From: Botryllus schlosseri
Lineage: Eukaryota
DNA: 64,000 nucleotides
NCBI GenBank assembly: GCA_051294905.1
Contig: CM119386.1
Location: 806,001 to 870,000, forward strand
Direction of reading: 5' to 3'
Part shown: piece by piece, positions 38,701-50,700 of the stretch
How positions within the stretch are numbered: position 1 is the stretch's first letter
Layout: the number at the start of each line of letters is the position of its first letter
Position numbers and translations under genes: made by a program
Notes under the pieces: model-generated
What the model was told of the DNA's origin: nothing
The model's database searches: none
Seen by the model: the letters and a program-made list of their open reading frames with translations, nothing else

Positions 38701-41700
38701 TATATGACTTGGCAAATCTCTGCTATTAAAGATTTAAATTTATCCTTACGTGTCAAACAACGAGGTCCCGAGAATCCTTCATCGCAGGCGCACATTACAT
38801 GTCCAATATTATCTGTCGAACAAAGTCCCCGGCCATTGCATGTTGCATTGGAGCACTGTTCCACCACGCAGCATTTTCTGGACGTAATATATGCTGTAGT
38901 AGCTTTGTAATGATAGGTATCACACGATTTTACTCACGGAGACAACGCCGATTGCACATAACCAGTGCGGCAAGCACATGACTGTACAACATCATTGTTT
39001 TCAATTTGAATCGAACATATCTAGAAAGAAATGAAATTTTGATAAACTGTATTCATAATGAATTTCAATGCTCTCTTAACATGAATAAACCACATACCCA
39101 AAGCTATATGAATCAGACATGTGTCGTACAAACTACCGATCTAATTAGTAGACAGTCAACTAACTAGTGTCTTTTTTAAAATAGTTCTAGTTCTAGCTCT
39201 AGTTGCGTATTTTGAAAAGTGACTAGTGAATCTATTCAGTTATGTTATGTGAGTTACTTTTGGAATTTGAAAGGTCTTTAGTCATAGTTTTAGTTGCTAG
39301 TTTTGAAAACTGAGTAGTTTTAGTTCTAGTTGCAGTCGCACACTTTGAAAATCCAATAGTTTGTACCAGTCTGGTATCAAATATCCTTATTCTTTAAAGA
39401 GTCTGCTGAAACTTCAATTTGGCCAAGAAATTCGTGCGAAAATTACCTGCTGGCATCCATATTCAGAACACGAAGGCGTGCTTGCAACACAGACATCAAG
39501 CTGTGCCGATTGGTCGAATCCATCATTACAACGACATCGCTTCGACAAAGTCGCGTCAAGATAGCACACAGAGTCGGAGTTGCAGTATAGCTGATCGTCG
39601 CATGGATTCGTTGCTGGAATCGAAAATAATGCAATGTTATTTTAGAAAGATTGGTCATTCTTTGTGGTAGGATAAAATTATATGTATCGAGTTTCCACAT
39701 CATTTATACCGTTATGTTGTCATAATGAGTGGCTCTCAAATACTCCACTCGAAGCCTAATACTCGATACACAATCAAATCACTCAGGTTTTGGTTTTGAC
39801 GAGCCATATTTATGAGGAACAACTTACGTTGGCACGATACACCGTCTTGTGAAAGTGAGAAACCATCTTCACAGCTACAGGTGAAGCCGTCTCTTGTGTT
39901 GGCGCACGTGTGAGAGCAATTGTGTTCTCCATGATTGCAGTGATCGAATACTGAAAATAAAATGATAGTACTCATTAACACAGACAGCCATGGGTTGAAA
40001 CATTGTTTAAAATGTGTAGCGTATGAAGAAATGAACCAGTTGGAGACTTAGAGCTATGATGTTTGAAGCAGAGTTGAAATAGAAACTAGCTTTTCGAAAT
40101 TAGACTGGAATTATAATTTTAGCAACACAGATTTTTTCCGAATTAGATTAAAATTACAATTACTGAATTTGCATGAACTTCGAAAATGAATTAAATTCCG
40201 AATTAGAAAGAAATACAACAAAAACTAGATTAGAATTAGATTTAGGCATTTTGCTCTTATTAGTCTAACTAGTCCAATACATTTTTCTAGAATTGTTTAG
40301 TTTCTAAAGTCTGGTTTGAAGACTTACCACAGTCAGTGCGTGGTGCCGCATTTCCAATGTCCGTATAGCCGCAATCGCATTCACAAATGTAACTGCCAAA
40401 AACGTTCATGCACTCTGCATTGGCGCCACATAGCCCTTCAGTTTCGCATTCATTGACATCTAATGCAATAAAATATCAAGTCAGTATGTGTTCCTTCAAA
40501 CCAACAAGCTAAAGCCCGGGTAGGTTCAAAGATTTGATTGAGCTAGAATTATATAGAGACTTCTTACACACCCAATGTCTTTAATCAACACACTGACACA
40601 TCTAGTTTATGGTTAAGAATAAATGCAAGCTGCTAATGCGACAAAAGTCAGTATACCAATATACTACATAGATTTACGCTACACATAGCATACATATATC
40701 ATGCAAAAATGAATGATCTCCAGAAATCATAAACTAAAATCATTGGATGAACTCGATGACGATAAGAGACAATACTATCAAAATTTAATATATAAATTAG
40801 GTAATTTGAAAAAATTATAAAAATTGCACCATGCTAGCAAAAATGTCTGTTAGTTGGCACGCGAAATAACTGTAAACATATTTTAAATAAATAACAATAA
40901 CATGTATAAATGGCTAGCCCTTATTCTGCTTTTGAATACCTTAAGCATCACCTGATATTTAAACACCCATTACTAGGTGGGCATGCAGCTATAAAATCGT
41001 TTTGACATGAGTCGGTTTGATTTTGTACAAACACTCTAGATTAGATGAATTACCATCGCTAGTAACCAACAACAGAGCATTGCTCAATGGACAATTTTAA
41101 CAATGCAGCAAGCTGCGTTAACTACAAATATTGCTTAACTAACACAAAATTCAAGCACTATACAACAAATCCAACTGGATCATCTATTATTTCAAGAGAC
41201 CCATTGAAATATGCCACGTCTGCAGCTACCAACTACAGAGTACGCAGGGCAACTAAAATCATTGCAATATCTTTCAGCATCAGATACCTTGACGCACAAT
41301 TGCATAATTAAATGAACCCGAATATTTTCGGCTGACACTAATAATTATTTTTCATCACTGTGCATTGGAGTGGACTTTAATCAAGTTTGTTGAGCTTAAA
41401 CTCTCAGTTTGCTTCGATTATTTATATTACCATTGATGTGACGTCGTATTTCGAGGTACGATTGTCAATAAACAATGCTCTATACAATACTCTACTAGTT
41501 GCGGGTCATCAACTGTGACGAGTGTCAGCCAAATGTATTCGGGTTTATTTCAATATGACTATGTTATATTTTATCCAGAAGCTTCACACATCCAAGATCG
41601 TCATCAAATACCTAGATATCTGACAAAAATTTTTGCTTCATTAGCGTTTGATTTGTTAAGCCGCATACAAACCAATTCCTGCCACTACTGCGTCATGCTC

Positions 41701-44700
41701 AGCAAATATATGATATGTAAAGCAACCTTGACAAAATCCTGACGTTTGTACGAGACCGGAATCGCATTCGCAGCTAAACGAGCCGGGCGTGTTCCTGCAG
41801 GTTGATCCCTGCGGGCATTGAGCACTTTGCGTTGCGCATTCGTCAATTTCGTGACAGGTTCCGTTCGTAAACCAGTATCCTTGATCGCAATCGCACGCAT
41901 AACTTTCCCCTAAAATTTGACATAAGCCGCTCTGTCCGCAGTTATCAGGGTTGCACGGTGATATGAGATCGCAATTCTGCCCGATTCGCCCCTCTTTGCA
42001 TTGACAAATATACTGGCCTCCTGGGATATTGATGCAATCCTCATTCGCTTGACAAGGCACGCTAGAACACGAGTCGAAAATGCAGTCGATACCATCACCG
42101 ATGTAATTTGTGTCGCATGCGCAGGAGTAACTGCCCACAGAGCTCGTGCAAACCGCATTTTGATTGCAAGGAAGTGAGAGGCATAGATCAATCTCAAAGC
42201 ATCCTTGCAGTCCGCCAGTATATCCTTGCGGACATGTACACTTGATCTGCCCGTTTTCAACGCTGCACGTTGCATTTACGCCGCAAGGATTATTATCGCA
42301 AGGCTGTACTTCTATGCAATCTCCATTTTGTCCTGCGATATATCCTTGCAGACAGGTGCATTCGTATGATCCAACTGCGTTGATGCAATTCGAGTTTGAT
42401 CCACAGGTACCGTTAAAGGCACATTCGTCTCTATCTATACATGCGTTTTCAGCTTGATCATTCACAAATCCTTCTTTACAGCGGCATACATAGCTTCCGA
42501 TTGTGTTGAAGCATGTTTCATTTTCACTGCAGATGTCAGAAATCTCCTGGCATTCATCGATGTCAAAGCAAGTAGTTCCAATAAGACGGAATCCAGAGTC
42601 ACAATTACATTCGTAGCTGCCATCTGTGTTGTTGCAAGAAGCGTTATCTTGACAAGGAGAGTCGAGGCATTCATTGACGTCAACACAAGAATCAATTCCA
42701 TTTCCAGAGAAACCTTGTTGGCAGCTGCAATACGTGATTTCATTGCTTACAAAGCAATCTGCTTCAGGCAGACACGGGTTAGCAACTTGGCACGGGTCGA
42801 CAGGAATACAAAATCCGTTAATCTCTCTGTAAGCTCCGTCACAAACGCATTGATACGACCCAGGTTGGTTTTCACATCTGTAATTTCCGTCGCATGGTGC
42901 TGACAAGCATTCATTGATATCCACGCATATATCTGTGTTATTACTAGGTTGGTATCCGTCAATACATTGGCACGTATAACTACCAGCATTGTCAACACAT
43001 ACTGCAAAATTTCCGCATATGCCTTCAGTAGCGCATTCATTAATGTTTCGACAGTTTTCACCTGTATAACCAGCATCGCATACACACTCATACGATCCGA
43101 ATTTTTCGTTGCAATCAGCATTTAGCGGGCATGGATTATTGTCACATTCCGGTATATCGATACATGTGTTATTTGTATATTGCAATCCCGCTGCACATTG
43201 GCAAGTACTAGAATTTCCAGAGGCTACGCATTGAGACAGCTGAGGGCAAGTGGTGCTAGCGCATGGATCAACACTCGTGCACACTTCACCATTACCAAAG
43301 AATCCTTGATCGCAGATACATTCAGATCCTCCGTAAGTGTTGTAACATCGCGCGTTATCGCTGCACAGCGCTGGTCTGATTACCACTGTTCTGCCCTGGT
43401 AGGTCACGTTACACTCATTTCCACACGATTCTCTTGATATAGAAACGTTGTCCCACGAGATAGTATTCAGGATCAGGTTAACGGCATTTTGACCTGCACA
43501 CTCATTGAAGTCTACGCATGAAGTAATGCCGTCTCCTAATAAGCCGCTTTGACACTGACATTGACGAATTTCAGGTCCATTGCTGTCACGTCTTACAAAT
43601 ACGCATTCTGCCCCATTATCCAAGCATACATCGTTTCCGCAAAGTGCTGTAAAGAAAAGAAAAAGTTGTAACATGAAACTATCAGCTTTGGGAATCAGTT
43701 AATTGGTGATGTAACGGTGAAATCTGTACAGAGCAATTGTGTTTCAATCTTCGAAAACGCGATCCAGGTGTTATTTTGCAGGTTTTTCACATTAAATCTT
43801 GATGGCAAGACTGGCAAAAATAAAAAATAAAATTGGTTCGGCGTCGGCAAGGTCAAACTTGATATATTTTTGTCAAAAAATTTTGATGACTTGGATGACA
43901 TGAGACTCAACTGAGAGTCACTATGTTTGTCTTGATAATGATTGAATGTTGGTTGAATACAGATCAGCGTCCTAGAAAGATACTAAATTGCAGTGTTTGG
44001 GATGTATTTTATTATAAATGAAATTAGAGGCAATGAAACTAATCAGTATTGGAGATGACTATTTTAACCACCTTGGCGCTCTGCATTACCGAGAGAGCAT
44101 GGAGCAGTGATGCAAGACTTAGAAATCCTTACAAGGATATTTCTGCACCTTCCTTGTCCAGCGCCATATGCATATCACGCACTCATGGTATACATATGTA
44201 CAGATCGTGTGTCTGTATACCATGAGTTGATGTCATACCGCAAAAAAAATTGAAGACAAAAATATACAACGTTCTATTCTACTTTTAAAGCTAACCACCC
44301 ATTTATTTATTTATCTTACTTACTAAAGCTACGAGAATTATTACCTTTGCATGTGTTGGCGACATATATGAATCCAGCTTCACATTGGCAAAAGAACGCC
44401 CCATCTGTGTTCTCACATGTAGATGTTGGGCCGCACACAGCATTCTGCCCGGCACACTCATCAATATCTTCGCATGTGCCGTTCGTGAATTCATATCCTT
44501 GCGCACAATCGCAGGCGTAAGTCTCTCCCTGTATTTGACAAACTCCGTTCTGTCCACAGTTGTCTGGGTTGCACGGTGTGATCGGATCGCAATTCTGTCC
44601 GAACCTGCCTTCCTTGCACTGGCAGACGAACTGACCTTGGAAAGTTAAGCAATCTTCATTCTGTCCGCAAGGATCGGTGGTGCACCAGTCGAAATCACAG

Positions 44701-47700
44701 GTAATTCCGTCTCCGGTATAGTTTGTGTTGCATGTGCAGAAGTAGCTGCCAACCGTGTTGGTACAGACGGCATTGTTACGATCGCACGGGAAGGTAAAGC
44801 ATTCGTTGATATCAAAGCAGTCTTGGAAACCGCCCGCAAACCCTTCAGGGCAAGTACATATGGTCTGTCCGTTCTCAACACTGCATGTTGCATTTGCACC
44901 GCACGGATTATTATCACAAGGTTGTACTTCAATGCAATCTCCATTTTGTCCTGCGGTATATCCTTGCAAACATGTGCATTGATACGAACCGGGTGTGTTT
45001 ATGCAGTTAGAGTTTGCTCCACATGTACCATTGAATGCACATTCATCCTTATCTATGCAAGCATTAAGGATTTGATCATGCACGAATCCTTCTTTACAAT
45101 TGCACACAAAGCTTCCGAGCGCGTTGAGGCATGTTTCGTTTACACTGCAAGTATCAGTAGATTCTTGGCATTCGTTGATGTCAAAACAAGCTGTTCCTAA
45201 CAGACGGAATCCAGAATTGCAGTTACATTCGTAGCTACCATCTGTGTTGACACAAGACGCGTCATTTTGACACGGTGAGTTTAGGCATTCGTTAATGTCG
45301 AAACAGGAATCAATTCCATTTCCAAGGTAACCTTGTGGGCAGCTGCAGTACGTAATCTCGTTGCTTACAAAGCAATCCGCTTCGGGGAGACACGGGTTAG
45401 CAACTTGGCACGGATCAACTGGAATACAGAATCCATTAATCTCTCTGTAAGCTCCGTCACAAATGCATTGATACGATCCAGGTTGGTTTTCGCATCTGTA
45501 ATTTCCGTCACATGGTGAAGATGAGCATTCGTCGATATCTTCGCATATACTGGCATTGTTGCTAGGTTGATACCCGGAGATACATTGGCACGTGTAACTC
45601 CCAACAGTGTCCAGGCATGTCGCAAAATTACCGCATATTCCTTGCGTCGCGCATTCATTCGTGTTTAAGCAGTTTTCACCTGAATAGCCCTCCTGGCAAC
45701 GACACACATATGAGCCGAATGTGTCGACGCAATCAGCATTTTGTTGGCACGGATTATTGTCACATTCCAGAATGTCGATGCATGAATTGTTTTGATATTG
45801 CAATCCAGAAGCACATTTGCACGTTGCCAGCCCGTCTGTTTGATCGCAGAAGGCTAGTTGCGGACAGGTTATGTTTTCACAAGGATCAACTTGAGCACAA
45901 ATTTCACCATTGCCAAAGAATCCGTTATCGCATACGCATTCAAACCCTCCGTAAGTGTTGTAGCAACGTGCGTCGCTATCACACTGTGATGGTCTGACAA
46001 GCGCTGTTCTTCCGTTATATGTTACGTTACATTCACTTCCACATAATTGCCGGGTGACAGACACGTTTTCCCACGAAATAGACTCCAATACAATGTTGAC
46101 GGTAGTTTGACCGGTGCATTCGTTGAAGTCAGTGCACCATGTCACGCCATCTCCAACTGTACCACGTTGGCATTCGCACGCTCGTATTCCCACACCGTTT
46201 TGATCAATTCCTTTCAGCACACATTCAGCACTGTTTGCGAGACAGATGTCGTTTCCACAAAGCTCTGAAATAGGAAATGAAATTTAATGGTACTAATTCC
46301 TTGTATATATGATAAGAATTGAATAATATATTCCTATTGAAGTAATAGAGGTAATCGCGAGCGACTAGCAGAGAATTAGAAAGATCAAGTTCAATTTTAT
46401 ATTGACGTTGTGTACTACAATAGTCCCCAGAATCCGGCAAAAAGTTATTTTTGAACAACACTTAAGACCACCTCTGGACTTACTTCCCCACATTTTATGA
46501 AAGGATTACCCCAATTATTGCATAGCCAATTTGAAAAGTGATGACGTCTTGAAATAGGATGGAAAGTTTTAATCAAATCGACAGCTCAAACCTACCTTTG
46601 CAAGATCCATCCATTTCAGCGAAACCGAGATTGCATCTGCATGAGAACGAGCCTTGCGTATTCTCACAGTTAGAGTTTGGCGGGCACACAGCATCTTGTC
46701 CACTACATTCGTCGATATCTTCGCAGGTTCCATCGGTAAACCAATATCCTTGGTCACAATCGCAAGTGTATGACGTTCCTTCTATACGACAAATGCCGTT
46801 GAGTCCGCAATTATCTGGATTGCACGGAGTGATCGGGGCGCAATTATCTCCAATCCGTCCCTCTTTGCATTGACAGGTGTATTGTCCATTTGCCATATTG
46901 ATGCAGTCTTCGTTTGCTGTACACGGGCTGCTCGAACATGAGTCAAAGTCGCATGTCTCCCCATTTCCGATAAAGTTTTCGTTACATGCGCAGAAGTAAC
47001 TGCCGATTGTATTTGTGCAGTTAGCGTTTATATCACACGGAAAATCACGGCACTCGTTGATATCTGTGCATTCTTGGACGCCACCGCTGTATCCATCGGG
47101 ACAAGTACACCTGATTTGACCATTTTCAACGGAACATGTAGCGGTTGCACTGCATGGGTTTCCGTCGCATGGTAATACCTCTATACAGCCTCCATTTCCG
47201 TCATCTCTGTAATCTTGTGAGCATGTGCATTGGTATGACCCAGGTGTGTTATCACATTCCGCGTTAGCTCCACAAGTGCCGTTAAAAGCGCATTCGTTCC
47301 TATCGACGCAATCGTTTTGACTTTGACTTGTGACATATCCGTCTTTGCAGTTGCATGTAAAGCTTCCGATTGTGTTTAAGCAGTATTGTGTTGTAGTGCA
47401 ATCGTGGGAGCCCGTTTCGCACTCATTGATATCATTACATTCACCTCCAAATGAGAAAAATCCGGGATTACATTCGCACGTAAAACTGCCAGGTATATTT
47501 GTACAGTCAGCATTATTTGGACATGGTGATGAACTACATTCATCCACATCGGTACACGAATCTTTTCCGTTACCAGTAAATCCAGTAGGGCATATGCAGA
47601 ATGTATCATTGTGTGACACAACACATTCAGCTTGCTGTAAGCAAGGATTCACATCACGGCACGCATCGACTGGCACACAATCTTGATTGATTTCCCTGAA

Positions 47701-50700
47701 TATACCATCGCACACGCATTGATAACTGCCAGGTTCATTTTGACATCTGTAGTTTCCTGAACATGGGGACAACAACTGACATTCATCGATATCTTCACAT
47801 ATATCGGCATTTCCACTTGAAAAATACCCGTCCAAACATTGACATCTGTAACTTCCCGCAGTGTCTTGGCATCTTGCAAATTGTCCGCATATGTCGAAGT
47901 CTACACATTCGTCGATATTTTCGCAATTTTCCCCGGCAAAACCTCGATCGCAAGTGCAAAGATACGAGCCATACGTTTCGGTACAGTTGGAATTATCAGG
48001 ACACGGACTGGTTTGACATTCTTGTACGTCAACGCATGCACCGTTAAAATACCGTAGTCCTGGCGCACATTCACAAGTCGATACTCCTTGGTTTACGACA
48101 CAGATTGCGAATTGAGGACAGGTAATGTCTTGGCATGGATCCACAATGGAGCATATTTCGCCATCACCAAAGAAGCCTTCTTCGCATACGCATTCAGACC
48201 CTCCGAATGTATTGTAACAACGTGCGTTGTCACTGCATCTTGCCGGTGTGATTAACGCTGTTCTTCCGTTATACGTTATTATGCATTCGTTTCCGCATGA
48301 TTCTCTCGATATTGTGACATTTTCCCATGAAATGGATTCAAGCACAAAGTTGTTAGTGTTTCCACCGGTACATTCATTGAAGTCTAAGCACCATGTAACA
48401 CCGTCTCCAACAACACCATCAATGCATTGGCATCTATGAATCTGTTTTCCGTCGTTGTCATATCCTTGCGATACGCATTCAGCCACGTTGGCAAGACATC
48501 TGTCATCTCCGCATAGTTCTTTTAAAAACACAATTTTCAATATGAAGATTCATAGTTTCACGGATATCATGAATGAAAACTGACAACATTCATATACCAT
48601 TTGCACACCGAAGTGATTTGAAAATGAAAAGCAGTTGAATGGTAATGATGTGACAAAATTAAGACATAGCAAGATTGTAAGTGGTGCAAAATGTTATAAC
48701 GCATTATCAAGTTATTACTTGTAAACAGATGCGTGATCAAAAATGTTATTAGGTATTAAGAGCACAACTAAGGCCTACTGGTCAATCCAAGCAATAAAAC
48801 TATGTAGAAATCTCACAAACACATTTTAGTACGCTCACCATGTAATGATATTTTATCAATAAATAATTATTACTGGTTAATCCACACTGTAAAACTATGT
48901 AATCGGTAAAAAAGATGTTCAATGAAATCCCACAGACTGATTTTAGTACTCACACCAAGTTACATGTATTATAATAATATGATTATTAATAGTATTAACT
49001 GAAGACAGGAAAGCATCAAGTACAGTGCAGTGTGCACAATGCAAACATCTAAATTAACCACTGATCAAGCTGGAATATCCACGATAACCTACCAAAGTTG
49101 CACACCCAAAACTTGGCTTCAAGTATACCAGGGTCGATGTGTATTTACATCACACACAATTAAGGCAACTGGCACACACAAGGAATAGTACTCGCACAGT
49201 CAAGCGGTTACAAGAATTTTCAATTCCCCACATGAGAATTCTTTTGATTCTCCAACCATGGAATACAGTATTGGCAATGTTCTCAAACATACCCATCCAA
49301 AAGTGACATCATTAATATATTTACCTAAATATATATTACACGGTATAGACTGGGAGACCCGATATAACCGAAATCTTCAAGGCCGGAGTCATTCAAGTAT
49401 ATTTGGCGGTAATAATAATAATAATCAATTTCTTCCCTCATTGAAGTAGCAGAGCAAAAAGTGAGGAACCAAAACAAAATTAAACAAAGCAGAACAATAC
49501 TAATGAAGGAAAGAAAACTTGACAGGTTAAATAATTTATTACTTGAAGATCTTGTGTCAAATGCATAGCTGGTCAGTATGGAAGCGCTTCTAGTGCTTAC
49601 AAGAGTGCACCCAAGAATTTTGTTTCCTTCAGGCAAGCTACACCCTTTCCATTTATCAAGCAACATTTGCAACACTCACAAATACGAAATACCATTCATC
49701 CGCTCACACTCACAACATTACTCCCAAACAGCCATCAACAATAAGATAACCGTAATAGGAGACTCACCTGTGCAAACCCCGTCTACCTCTCTGAAACCAG
49801 GACTGCATTCACAGAAGTACGAGCCATCTGTGTTTCGGCAGGTTGCTCCAGGACCACACACCGCATTCTGTCCGTTGCATTCATTGATATCGCTGCATGT
49901 ACCGTTCGTGAACCAATAGCCTTGCTCGCAGTCGCACGCATAAGTTGTTCCCAATATCTGGCATATTCCGTTTGGCTCGCAAAAATTTGGGTTGCAAGGT
50001 GTGATAGTGTCGCAGTTATCTCCGTACCGTCCTGTCTTACATTGACACCTGTGCTGTCCGCCTATGATGTTGAAACAGTCTTCATTCTGTGTGCATGGGT
50101 TGGTTGAACAGGAATTGAAATCGCAGTTAAATCCGTCCCCGCTGTAGTTTTCTCTGCATGTGCAAGTGTATGTACCAGGAGAATTAACGCAATCGGCGTT
50201 GACATCACAGGGGAAGTTGAGACATTCGTTGATATCTGTACATTCTTGTATACCCCCTGTATATCCTTCACTGCATGTACACTTAGTCTGGCCGTTTTCC
50301 ACAGTGCATGTCGCGTCTGCGCTACAAGGATCATTATCGCATGGTAAAACTTCCACACAGATTCCATTATCATTTTCTTTGAAGCCATCCTTACAGCTAC
50401 ACCCGAAATTTCCAACCGTATTGGTACACAGCGAATTCTCCCCACAGACACCAAACACAGCGCATTCGTCTGTATCAATGCAGTCTTTACGGTCGTTGCT
50501 GTATTCAAATCCTGCTTTGCAGTTGCAGAGAAAGCTTCCGGGTGTGTTTAAACATGTTTGGTTTGAAGAGCAATCGTCAATACGCCTTTCGCACTCAGGT
50601 ATATCTCTGCATTGTCCTTGAATGAGTTCATATCCGGTATTGCATTCACAAGAGTAACTTCCATCCGTGTTTGTACACTGTGAGTTTTGTGGGCATGGAG

